From: Desulfosoma sp.
GTDB taxonomy: Bacteria > Desulfobacterota > Syntrophobacteria > Syntrophobacterales > DSM-9756
DNA length: 64,000 nt
Direction of reading: 5' to 3'
Assembly: GCA_037481835.1 (NCBI GenBank)
Contig: JBBFKW010000001.1
Coordinates: 171,503-235,502, forward strand
The notes below the pieces were generated by a model. It saw only the letters and a program-made list of their open reading frames with translations, was not told the origin of the DNA and ran no database searches. The position numbers were made by a program, and so were the translations under genes. Within the stretch, counting starts at the first letter, position 1. Every line of letters starts with the position of its first letter. This document shows positions 18,999-27,863 of this stretch, piece by piece.

Positions 18999-19364
18999 TC
19001 ACGCTCCGTCGTCTTTTCCTCGCCCTTCGATGGACATGACCGTCATTTCGCGGCCGCTAATGAGCGAAAGACCCGACACCACGGGGCCGCATTGAGGGCA
19101 CACGTCCATGCGGTCCTCCATTTCAAAAAGTTCCCCGCACAGGGGACACCGCAGGACTACGGGAACCGTTTCGATATCCAGCACGGCCTTTTCCGCCGGG
19201 GTTCCCTGAGCCACCACTTGAAAGCAAAAGGTCAAGGCGTCCGGGACCACGGCCGCCAGGGCCCCCACTTGCACGGCGATGCGGTCCACGGTGGCAATGC
19301 CGTGCCGACGGCATTCGTCAAGGACAATGTCCAAAACACTTTGGGCGATGGCCATTTCGTGCAC
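18999..19364 (-). CDS. hypA: Hydrogenase maturation nickel metallochaperone HypA
   Basis: MHE N-terminus (GTG start), CPLC...CPQC, SGRE. Confidence 0.95.
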   Translation of the reverse strand: MHEMAIAQSVLDIVLDECRRHGIATVDRIAVQVGALAAVVPDALTFCFQVVAQGTPAEKAVLDIETVPVVLRCPLCGELFEMEDRMDVCPQCGPVVSGLSLISGREMTVMSIEGRGKDDGA

Positions 19365-19435
19365 GGGGGTCTCTCTTCACGATTGTGCTGCCAAGGTCCA
19401 CGCCTATCGGCGCCTTTTCGCAAGGCATAGCGCAC

Positions 19436-19464
19436 TTAACACAGCGCCGAAACCGGGTCAAGTT
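19436..19464 (-). promoter_or_regulatory. Putative sigma70 promoter of the hyp operon
   Basis: Minus strand TTGACC-17 nt-TAAGTG. Confidence 0.4.
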
Positions 19465-19591
19465 CGGCCCCGAAGAGCCGCCCTCCGGCGGCTTTTGTTT
19501 CGTCCCGTTCCGTGGTAAGCTCCGAGCGCTTTTTTCGGTGCCGAGCCCAATGCCCAAGGCCGATTTTGCCCCCGCTTCGAGGCGCACGCCT

Positions 19592-20569
19592 ATGGAAGAT
19601 CGAGCGCAACGCACTCGTTTGAAATCCATCAGCCTGTCCTTTGCCGTGGGCGTTTTCCTATTGGCCTTCAAATTCTATATCTATCACATCACGCGCTCGG
19701 CCGCGGTGCTTTCCGACGCTTTGGAATCCATCGTCAACGTCATCGCCAGCGCGTTCGCTCTGTGGAGCATTTACCTCGCTGCCAAGCCTCCCGATCCGGA
19801 ACATCCCTATGGCCACGGGAAAGTGGAATATTTCTCCGCGGGTTTCGAAGGCGCCTTGATCGTCGTGGCCGCTTTGGGCATCTTTTGGAGCGCCTGGAAG
19901 CAAATCCGCCAACCGCACCCCCTGCCCAATCTGGATTTGGGCCTGTGGCTCGTCCTCGCCACCAGCGCCGTCAACGGCGCCCTCGGGCTTTTCCTCATCA
20001 CGGTCGGCCGACGCACGCGATCCTTGCCGTTGGTCGCCGACGGCAAACACATCATGACCGATTGTCTGTCGTCTCTTGCCGTGGTGGTGGGACTCATCCT
20101 GGTCAAGCTCAGCGGCTGGTACTGGGTGGACGGCGCCGTGGCGGCGCTCGTCGGAGGGCAGATCCTCTTTTCCGGACGATCCCTCCTCAAGGAATCCTTC
20201 GCCGGCCTCATGGACGCCTCAGACCCCCAGCTCCTCGAGGAGATCTCCCAGCTGCTCAGCCGCAACCGAAAAAATCTCTGGATCGACATCCACAGACTGC
20301 GGGCGTGGCGTTCGGGACGGCACATCTACGTGGATTTTCACTTGATTCTTCCGCGCTTTCTGCCCCTCGTGGAAGCCCACAGGGAAGTGACCGAGTTGGA
20401 AAACCTGTTTCGCGTCCATTTCAAAGGCGCCGCCGAAGTATTCGTCCACATCGATCCCTGCCAGGATCCCAATTGCCCCATCTGCAGCATCCCCCAGTGC
20501 GCGTCCCGCAGCCATCCCAAGTCCCAATCCACCTTTTGGAATCACGGCCATTTGACCACAAGAGACTAA
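19592..20569 (+). CDS. Cation diffusion facilitator (FieF-like) metal transporter
   Basis: SDALES, HPYGHGKVEY, ADGKHIMTD, H.LR.WRSG, VHIDP; Cys-rich tail. Confidence 0.9.
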   Translation: MEDRAQRTRLKSISLSFAVGVFLLAFKFYIYHITRSAAVLSDALESIVNVIASAFALWSIYLAAKPPDPEHPYGHGKVEYFSAGFEGALIVVAALGIFWSAWKQIRQPHPLPNLDLGLWLVLATSAVNGALGLFLITVGRRTRSLPLVADGKHIMTDCLSSLAVVVGLILVKLSGWYWVDGAVAALVGGQILFSGRSLLKESFAGLMDASDPQLLEEISQLLSRNRKNLWIDIHRLRAWRSGRHIYVDFHLILPRFLPLVEAHREVTELENLFRVHFKGAAEVFVHIDPCQDPNCPICSIPQCASRSHPKSQSTFWNHGHLTTRD

Positions 20570-20635
20570 AAAACCCCGAGGGCCCAAGGCCCCGCGGGGC
20601 TGAATCTCCGGGGGGTTAGGATGCCGAGGACTTTC

Positions 20636-21586
20636 CTAGAGCGAAGGAAGGATGGATTCGAGGATGTCTCCCGCCTTGAGTCCGTAGGTTTTGGCGAAAT
20701 CGGCGGCCCCCACCTTCCCGGCCTCTTTGCTCTGGACCCTTTTTACCAGAATCCTCCCGAGTCCCGCCTGCACCGTGAATCCATCATCGCCCACCTCCAG
20801 CACCTCGCCCGGCCTGTGCGTGGGCTTTTCCCACGGATCCTCGCCCATAGGAGCGGCTTCCAAAATTGTCACATTTTTCCCCTGCCACCGCGTGCTGGCG
20901 CCAGGCACGGGCGAAGCCCCCCGAACCAGATTGTGAACGGTCCACGCCGTCTGCCTCCAGTCGATGCCGGCATGCTCCGGTTTGAGGGCCGGCTGGAAGG
21001 ATGCCAGGCGGGGGTCTTGAGGAATCCGCGGCGCCTTGCCTTCGCGGATGAGGCGTACGGCTTCGGGGACGAGCTTGACGCCCAGCGGGTAAAGTTTGTT
21101 GAAGTAGAGGCTGGCCGTGGTGTCCTCCGGCGCGATGGGGACGGCTTCCTGCAAAACGATATCGCCCGTATCCACGCCGTCGTCGATGTAGTGGATCGTT
21201 ACGCCCGTTTCCCGCTCCCCGTTGATAAGGGCCCACGCGATGGCGCTGCCGCCCCGATACTTGGGAAGCAACGACGGATGATAGTTGATGCCGCCGTGAG
21301 TGGCCGCCTCAATGACATCCTTGCCCATATATTGAGTGACAAAGACCAGGACGAAAAGATCCGGCTTTTTGTCCTTGACCCATTCTAAAACCTCAGGCCC
21401 TTTGAGCGTGCGCGGCTGGATCAGGGGTAAGCCCCGCTCCACGGCCAATTCCTTAAAAGGATTGGGCTTCTTCGCACCGGGAACATCCGGTATGGTGACA
21501 GTTCCCACCACGTTCTCTCCGCGATCCAGCAAAGCCTGCAAGCAATCGCGCCCAAAAGGCGCCTGTCCAATGACGATCAGTCGCAT
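20636..21586 (-). CDS. Formyltransferase family protein (10-formyl-THF hydrolase-domain-like; Fmt paralog)
   Basis: MRLIVIGQAPFG, NYHPSLLPKYRG, DDGVDTGD; GGGAGG RBS. Confidence 0.8.
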   Translation of the reverse strand: MRLIVIGQAPFGRDCLQALLDRGENVVGTVTIPDVPGAKKPNPFKELAVERGLPLIQPRTLKGPEVLEWVKDKKPDLFVLVFVTQYMGKDVIEAATHGGINYHPSLLPKYRGGSAIAWALINGERETGVTIHYIDDGVDTGDIVLQEAVPIAPEDTTASLYFNKLYPLGVKLVPEAVRLIREGKAPRIPQDPRLASFQPALKPEHAGIDWRQTAWTVHNLVRGASPVPGASTRWQGKNVTILEAAPMGEDPWEKPTHRPGEVLEVGDDGFTVQAGLGRILVKRVQSKEAGKVGAADFAKTYGLKAGDILESILPSL

Positions 21587-21966
21587 AATGTCCCTCCCGC
21601 CCACTATTTTTGGTGAAGATCGCTCATGTGACACTGTGCCTGTGACGGCCGCAGGGATCGGTGCACTTCGCCGCTCTCGTCGAAGGAGGGACGCCTCGGG
21701 AATTGGAAGGGAAGTGGCAATCGAAAAAGTCTTGAGGGCGCGGAACAGCAGGGGCACGGAAGGGCACACCGGCGGAGAACGGACCGTCACTGGGTTGTGT
21801 AAAACCTTATCAATCCGTTCGGACCCCTGCAAGAAAAATGAGGCCGCATCAGGCACCCCGCCGGGACATACCAAAACGAGTGACCGAAAAGCCGGGAATG
21901 GTTAAAGAAGTTCATGAAAAAACCGATAGCTTCAAACGACTCACAGCCTCAGGAGGTCTCGTTCTC

Positions 21967-23082
21967 ATGGACTTTCATGCCGATGACCAAGACGCTCACG
22001 TTCGTTTGGAGGCGGCCGAAGGCATGCTGCATATTCGGCTGGACCGGCAGGAAGCCTTGAACAGCCTGTCTCTTCCCATGGTGCGGCGGCTGGCCACCGT
22101 CCTGGAAGCCGCTCGAGGCGAGGAGGGGGTGCGCCTTGTCGTGATCACGGGAAGCGGCCCGAAAGCGTTTTGTGCCGGAGGCGACATCAAAAAGGTCGCG
22201 CTTCTTGTGCGCCAAGGAGACCGGGCGGAGGCGGAAGCCTTTTTCCGAGAGGAATACGCCCTGGATTTTTCCATTCACCGCTTTCCCAAGCCCGTCGTCG
22301 TCATCGCTCACGGCGTGACCATGGGCGGAGGGCTTGGGCTGGCAGCGGGGGCCGACGTGGTGGTCGCCACGGAAACGACCCATATGGCCATGCCGGAAAC
22401 CCGGATCGGTTTTTTCCCCGATGTGGGAGCCACGGCCTGGCTTTATGACAAATGTCCCCCGGGCTATCCCGAGTACCTGGCGCTCACGGGAGACGACGTC
22501 CTTGGGGCTCATGCGGTGCGATTGGGTTTGGCCACCCACTTTGTTGAAACTTCCCGGGTCCCAAATCTCGTCCAAGCGTTGATTGATGCGGCCCCAAAGC
22601 TTCCTCGAAAACGCCATGAAGCGGCACGCCGGCTCCATCAAATCGTTTCGCCTTTTCAAACGGAGGCCCCCCTTCCCCACGATCCGGAAATGGATGCCTG
22701 GGTGGCAACCTATTTTGACGGGGTTTCCTCCGTGCCGAAACTGCTGGAAGAGCTTTCCCAATGTCAGGTGCAGAGCCGCCTGTGCGATGGGGTATTTCGG
22801 CGCCTTTCCGAAAGGTCTCCCACGGCCGTTGCGCTCACACTGGCCTTGTTGAAACGTCAGCGGGGCCGCCCACTGGAAGAGGTTTTTGCTTTGGATGCCC
22901 GGGCCGCCTGCTGGATGATCGGCCATCATGACTTTTGGGAAGGGGTTCGCGCGCGCCTCATCGACAAAGACAACCAACCCCGGTGGAATCCGGCCCGTTT
23001 CGATCAGGCCGTCTCCTTCGGGGAGCTGGAGCCGTTCCTGCGGGATGAGGGTGAAAAAGGCCGAGCGGACGGAAAAAGTTAG
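21967..23082 (+). CDS. 3-hydroxyisobutyryl-CoA hydrolase-like enoyl-CoA hydratase/isomerase
   Basis: AFCAGGD, TMGGGLGL, AMPETRIGFFPDVG, DFWEGVRARLIDKD; AGGAGG RBS. Confidence 0.85.
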   Translation: MDFHADDQDAHVRLEAAEGMLHIRLDRQEALNSLSLPMVRRLATVLEAARGEEGVRLVVITGSGPKAFCAGGDIKKVALLVRQGDRAEAEAFFREEYALDFSIHRFPKPVVVIAHGVTMGGGLGLAAGADVVVATETTHMAMPETRIGFFPDVGATAWLYDKCPPGYPEYLALTGDDVLGAHAVRLGLATHFVETSRVPNLVQALIDAAPKLPRKRHEAARRLHQIVSPFQTEAPLPHDPEMDAWVATYFDGVSSVPKLLEELSQCQVQSRLCDGVFRRLSERSPTAVALTLALLKRQRGRPLEEVFALDARAACWMIGHHDFWEGVRARLIDKDNQPRWNPARFDQAVSFGELEPFLRDEGEKGRADGKS

Positions 23083-23204
23083 GGGTAACGAGGTCATCGG
23101 CGGGATTAAAAAAAAATCGCGGTCGCGACACTCCATCCCCCATTGCGCCACGGCGGGAAGACGAAGGGCGGCAAAGGGGGACCGGCGCGGGGAACCCCGT
23201 TAGG

Positions 23205-24170
23205 TTAGCCTGCCTTGAGGAAAGCCTTCTGGCGGGCCATTTCGGCGATGACGTCCGGCAGGGTTTTAAAAGGGCGGTCGAACCAAGTCTTGAGAAACGT
23301 GTTGTCGGCCACCAATTCCGGAGGGTCCCCAGGTCGTTTGGGCTTTTCCACAACCGACACCTTCGTGCCCAGGCTCCGCTCCACGGCCGCCACCACCTCC
23401 CGCACCGACACGCCCGCTCCCCGACCGACGTTGGACACCAAACGCTCCCGACTCTCCAGCGCTTCCAAAGCCGCCACATGGGCCTCGGCCAAGTCGAGCA
23501 CGTACACGTAATCCCTGACCGCCGTCCCATCCGGCGTTTCATGGTCCGTCCCGAAAAGGAAGAAAGGCTCCCCCGTAAGGGCGGCCCGCATGAGGTTCGG
23601 CAGCACGTGGGTTTCCGGTTCGTGGCGTTCGTAGATTTCTCCGTCCGGGTCGTTTCCCACCACGTTGAAGTAGCGCAGCACGGCCAGCCGGATGCCGGCG
23701 GCAGGGGCCACCGTCTCCAAGATCTGCTCGCCCTGCCATTTGGAAAGGCCGTAGGGGTTGGTAGGTTCCTTGGGGTGATCTTCCGTGATGGGACAGGTTT
23801 TCGCCGTGCCGTAAACGGCGGCCGAACTGGAAAACACCAAACGGCCGACGCCGGCTCTGGCCATGGCGCGAACCAACGCGATGGTGCCGCGCACATTGTG
23901 GTCGAAATATTCGGCCGGGTTTCGAACCGATTCCTCCACAAGGGCCAAGGCGGCGAAATGGATGACGGCATCGATCCTAAAGGCTCTAAGGGCCTGGTAC
24001 AGGGCTTGTTCGTCGCGGATGTCCCCATACACGAAGGGGCCGTAACGCACCCAGTCCACCCAGCCGCGACTGAGGTTGTCAAAGACGATGGGCGTGTGTC
24101 CGTACTTTCGAACTGTTTTGGCCGTATGAGACCCGATGTAACCAGCCCCGCCGGTGACCAGAATGTTCAT
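23205..24170 (-). CDS. galE: UDP-glucose 4-epimerase
   Basis: TGGAGYIGSH, FSSSAAVYG, YGLSK, LRYFN, DGTAVRDY. Confidence 0.92.
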   Translation of the reverse strand: MNILVTGGAGYIGSHTAKTVRKYGHTPIVFDNLSRGWVDWVRYGPFVYGDIRDEQALYQALRAFRIDAVIHFAALALVEESVRNPAEYFDHNVRGTIALVRAMARAGVGRLVFSSSAAVYGTAKTCPITEDHPKEPTNPYGLSKWQGEQILETVAPAAGIRLAVLRYFNVVGNDPDGEIYERHEPETHVLPNLMRAALTGEPFFLFGTDHETPDGTAVRDYVYVLDLAEAHVAALEALESRERLVSNVGRGAGVSVREVVAAVERSLGTKVSVVEKPKRPGDPPELVADNTFLKTWFDRPFKTLPDVIAEMARQKAFLKAG

Positions 24171-24799
24171 GACGAAAGCCCCTTTTCCGGTCCTGCCAGG
24201 CCCCGAGCTTCATGGAGCGCCATGATTTCGTCCCGAAGGACCAAGGCATCCACGGTGTCTACTTCTTCCAGGATATTTTCCCGGCCGTTCATTTCCTGGC
24301 GATCCACCAGGACCACGGCCCGCACGACCCGGAGGCCCGCGGCTTTGCAGGCGCGGATGGCTTGGATTGTCGAGCCTCCCGTCGTGATCACATCATCGAC
24401 GACGACCACCCGATCCCCTTCGCGAAGGTTTCCCTCGATACGCGCGGGAATTCCGTGCTCCTTCTGCGCCTTGCGCACCACGAAGGCTTGGATGGGATTT
24501 CCCTGGATCCAAGACGTGTAGGAAACGGCGTTGGCGATGGGGTCCGCCCCCAGGGTGAGCCCCCCGATGCCTTGGACATCCAGGTCCTTGATCCGGTCGA
24601 AGATGAGGTGGCCGATGAGGACCATGCCTTCGGGGTCCAGGGTGACGCGCTTGCAGTTGAAGTAAAAGCGGCTCATGGCCCCGGAGACGAGCTTGAACAC
24701 GGGGGTGTCGGATACTTGGAAGGCTTTTTCGAGGATCTTTTCCTGGAGCCTCCGGCGCATCGCGTCCGCATCAGCCCAGGGAAAGGCGGCATGCTCCAT
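24167..24799 (-). CDS. pyrE: Orotate phosphoribosyltransferase
   Basis: FKLVSG, GGLTLGADP, VRKAQKEHG, VVVDDVITTGGS. Confidence 0.93.
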   Translation of the reverse strand: MEHAAFPWADADAMRRRLQEKILEKAFQVSDTPVFKLVSGAMSRFYFNCKRVTLDPEGMVLIGHLIFDRIKDLDVQGIGGLTLGADPIANAVSYTSWIQGNPIQAFVVRKAQKEHGIPARIEGNLREGDRVVVVDDVITTGGSTIQAIRACKAAGLRVVRAVVLVDRQEMNGRENILEEVDTVDALVLRDEIMALHEARGLAGPEKGLSS

Positions 24800-24808
24800 G
24801 ATCGCCCC

Positions 24809-25969
24809 CTATGCGTGCTCTTTGACCTTTCTTACGGCTCTCTCGATGGCCGCCGCCGCATGGTCGATGTCTTCGTCTCGGGTAAAACGACCCACGGACA
24901 AGCGGATCGTGCCCTTGGCTGCATCCATGGGAACGCCCATGGCTTCCAGAACGTGGGATACCCGCACCTGGTCGCTGTGGCAGGCGGCTCCCGCCGATGC
25001 CGCAACCTCGGGCATGGCTTGGAGCACGGCGTCGGCCGTCGTCCCGGGAAAGGACACGCTCAGCGTGTTGGGAAGCCGTTGATCCGGATGGCCGTTCACG
25101 AGGGCTTCGGGGAAAGAAGCCACGAGGCGCCCTTCCAACCGGTCCCGCAAAGCCCGCATCCGTAGCATTTCTTCGGGCAGTTCTTTCATGGCCAGGGCGG
25201 CAGCCATCCCTAAGCCGACGATTTCCAGCACGTTTTCCGTCCCGGGCCGAAGGCCCCGCTCCTGGCCCGCCCCATACAAAACTCTTTGCATGGGCGTGCC
25301 CCGGCGCACGTAAAGGGCTCCCACTCCCTTAGGGGCATAGAGTTTGTGCCCGGCCACGGTTAAAAGGTCCACGCCCAGCTCGGCGACGTCCACCGGCACT
25401 TTGCCCACACTCTGGGCGGCATCCGTATGGACCAGGATGCCTCGATTCCGGGCCTCCTGGGCAATCCTTTTCACGGGCTGGAGCGTCCCCACCTCATTAT
25501 TGGAATGCATGAGGCTGACCAGGATCGTGTCGGATCGGAAGGCGGCGATCATCTCCTCGGCATCCACCATTCCGTAACGGTCCACGCCCACAAAGGTGAC
25601 GTCGAAGCCTTCTTCCATCAGGGCCAGGCACGGCTCCACCACGGCCGGATGTTCGATGCGGCTCGTCACGATGTGGCGCCCTCGGGACGCCACAGCCCGG
25701 GCCACACCGCACAGGGCCATGTTGTTGGATTCCGTCCCCCCGCTGGTAAAAACGATGTCGTCGCTTTGGGCGTTCAAGAGCGCAGCCAGACGAGCTCGCG
25801 CTTCTTCCATCATGGCCTTGGCTTGTCGGCCGTAAGCGTGACTGCTGGAGGGGTTCCCGAAGACCGTTTCCCAGCAGGGCCGCATGGCTTCCGCGACCCG
25901 AGGATCGATAGGCGTTGTGGCGTTGTAGTCGAGGTAGATCGGATAACGATCCTCCATGACCGTCCTCAC
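24809..25969 (-). CDS. Group I cysteine desulfurase (IscS/NifS-like)
   Basis: YLDYNATTP, FTSGGTE, HTDAAQ, GHKLYAPKG, SAGAACHS. Confidence 0.9.
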   Translation of the reverse strand: MRTVMEDRYPIYLDYNATTPIDPRVAEAMRPCWETVFGNPSSSHAYGRQAKAMMEEARARLAALLNAQSDDIVFTSGGTESNNMALCGVARAVASRGRHIVTSRIEHPAVVEPCLALMEEGFDVTFVGVDRYGMVDAEEMIAAFRSDTILVSLMHSNNEVGTLQPVKRIAQEARNRGILVHTDAAQSVGKVPVDVAELGVDLLTVAGHKLYAPKGVGALYVRRGTPMQRVLYGAGQERGLRPGTENVLEIVGLGMAAALAMKELPEEMLRMRALRDRLEGRLVASFPEALVNGHPDQRLPNTLSVSFPGTTADAVLQAMPEVAASAGAACHSDQVRVSHVLEAMGVPMDAAKGTIRLSVGRFTRDEDIDHAAAAIERAVRKVKEHA

Positions 25970-25973
25970 GACT

Positions 25974-26216
25974 CTAGGCTTTAAGCACCCCTTGACGCTC
26001 CAGATCTTTCCACTCGCGCCGAGTCAGCGTCCGGAACTGGGCGCTTCGGCATTGAGGGCATCCCATGTAGCGGCCGTCGCTGGACTGACGCCACAGGGTA
26101 TAGAGCAGACCCGGCAGAAACAGGCAACACCACAAGGCGATTTCCTTGGAGCGCGATCCTTTCTGCAGCGAGGCGGCATCGCCGATGTAATCACATGAGG
26201 CACACTTGATTTTCAT
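25974..26216 (-). CDS. Small Zn-ribbon membrane-associated protein (80 aa)
   Basis: CASC and CPQC flank a hydrophobic segment; AGGAG RBS. Confidence 0.65.
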   Translation of the reverse strand: MKIKCASCDYIGDAASLQKGSRSKEIALWCCLFLPGLLYTLWRQSSDGRYMGCPQCRSAQFRTLTRREWKDLERQGVLKA

Positions 26217-26338
26217 GAAATCTCCTTTCTTCTTGGAATTGGCCCTCCTTTATAAATCCTGCGGGTTGTGATATCAACCGCGTGATCGAAGGGTTGGCTA
26301 AAAAAATCGTCCCCAATTGGATCTTGAGGGATAAAACC

Positions 26339-26758
26339 GTGAAATCCGTCATCGTAAAGATCAGCGTGGTCTTTGCCGGAGGGGCCCTGGGCGCTGTGAT
26401 CAATTCGTGGGTGTCGTACGCCTTGGGACAGGCGGGCATTCCGCAGAAATTGGGCGTGGCCATCGCCCCCGTGTGGAGCAAAGCCTTTTTGTACCCGCGC
26501 ATCGTGTGGGGAGGCCTATGGGGCTTCCTCTTCCTTCTTCCCGCGTTGCGGGGTGGGTTTCTTGTGGGGGTGTTCAGCCGGGGGATCCTTTTCAGCCTGG
26601 GACCGACTGCCGCCCAGCTGCTCTATTTTTTCCCCTTTGTTCTTAAAAAGGGATGGTTCGGCCTGTCCTTGGGGGAACTCACGCCCCTTTTCGTCTTTGC
26701 CTACAATGCCATCTGGGGGTTGTGCTCCGCGTGGTGGGTCTGGACGGCAGAAAAATAA
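26339..26758 (+). CDS. Hypothetical membrane protein
   Basis: About four TM segments, YPRIVWGGLWG; GAGGG RBS before GTG. Confidence 0.65.
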   Translation: MKSVIVKISVVFAGGALGAVINSWVSYALGQAGIPQKLGVAIAPVWSKAFLYPRIVWGGLWGFLFLLPALRGGFLVGVFSRGILFSLGPTAAQLLYFFPFVLKKGWFGLSLGELTPLFVFAYNAIWGLCSAWWVWTAEK

Positions 26759-26842
26759 CGGGGGGCCTTTAGGCTTTCTTGACCTCGAGGGGGAGCGCAC
26801 GGTATTTTCTCGCTAACATTTCCGGTCAAGGAACAGGAACCC

Positions 26843-27451
26843 ATGTCCAACGACGCCTTGGAAGGGCTTTCGGCGAGCTTGGAAGATTACTTGGAGGTCA
26901 TTTTCCATTTGGAAAACGCCCACCAAGCCGCCCGAGCCAAGGACATCGCCGATCAGATGAGCGTGCAGAGGGCTTCCGTCACGGGAGCCTTGAGGGCGCT
27001 GGCCGGCCGGGGGCTCATCAACTACAGCCCCTACAGCTACGTCACGCTCACGCCGCAAGGGCGCCACGTGGCGCAGCAGATCATCCGACGCCACCAAATC
27101 CTCAAAGATTTTTTCACCACGGCCCTTCGGCTGGAACCGGATCAGGCGGAAGCCAACGCGTGCCGCATCGAGCACGCCATCGGCCCCGTGGCTTTCGAGC
27201 GACTTGTCCAATTTCTCGAATTCATCAAAACATGCCCGCGGGCGGGAGCCGACTGGTTGCAAGCCTTCGCCGCCTACTGCCAAAGATCGGAAAACGAACC
27301 TGATTGTCCCGCATGCGTGGCAAGATGCCTGCAAAAGCTCGAAAGAGAAACAAACCCCGCCGAGGAGAAGCCTCCACGAACTCGTGAACCCGGTCCCGAA
27401 AGGAGAACCCATGAAGAAGATGTGGATCCAGTTGAAGCCGGATTGCGATGA
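26843..27451 (+). CDS. DtxR/MntR-family metal-dependent transcriptional regulator
   Basis: SLEDYLEVI, HTH region, LTPQG, RRHQIL, ACRIEH. Confidence 0.88.
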   Translation: MSNDALEGLSASLEDYLEVIFHLENAHQAARAKDIADQMSVQRASVTGALRALAGRGLINYSPYSYVTLTPQGRHVAQQIIRRHQILKDFFTTALRLEPDQAEANACRIEHAIGPVAFERLVQFLEFIKTCPRAGADWLQAFAAYCQRSENEPDCPACVARCLQKLERETNPAEEKPPRTREPGPERRTHEEDVDPVEAGLR

Positions 27452-27629
27452 AAAGAGGGTCCTTCGAGATCTGGAAGAAATCGGCCGCATCGAAAAGGAC
27501 GCCGCCAGCCCCGGAAGGATCATCCTCACCTTTCACAACCAGTCCGAAGCCGGCATCAAGATGAGCTGCTTCAAGCTCCAGGAAGATTTCATCCATTTCT
27601 TTCAAGACTTCGACATGGTCCACTCTTAG
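27411..27629 (+). CDS. Hypothetical protein (72 aa)
   Basis: AGGAG RBS before ATG 27411 (MKKMWIQLKP...), host-like codon usage. Confidence 0.6.
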   Translation: MKKMWIQLKPDCDEKRVLRDLEEIGRIEKDAASPGRIILTFHNQSEAGIKMSCFKLQEDFIHFFQDFDMVHS

Positions 27630-27784
27630 AACAGCTCCGTTTCTCATCCCCGTGCGCCGCCCCGGGCTCTGGGCGCAAGCCGTTTCCGAAAGAGGCAGGG
27701 AAGCCCCGCCGAGGCCCTGGGGAAAGGGTGCGCCCTGCGGCGCCTCCATCGCCCTTTTACCTACCGACCCCCACCGATCTTTTC

Positions 27785-27813
27785 TTGACAAGGATTCAGG
27801 ATAACACTATGTT
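27785..27813 (+). promoter_or_regulatory. Sigma70 promoter of the hrcA operon
   Basis: TTGACA-17 nt-TATGTT immediately before CIRCE. Confidence 0.7.
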
Positions 27814-27816
27814 CCA

Positions 27817-27843
27817 TTAGCACTCCATTGCAGGGAGTGCTAA
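27817..27843. promoter_or_regulatory. CIRCE operator (HrcA binding site)
   Basis: Exact TTAGCACTC-N9-GAGTGCTAA upstream of hrcA. Confidence 0.97.
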
Positions 27844-27863
27844 TCGCAGGCGGGATGCGAAGG

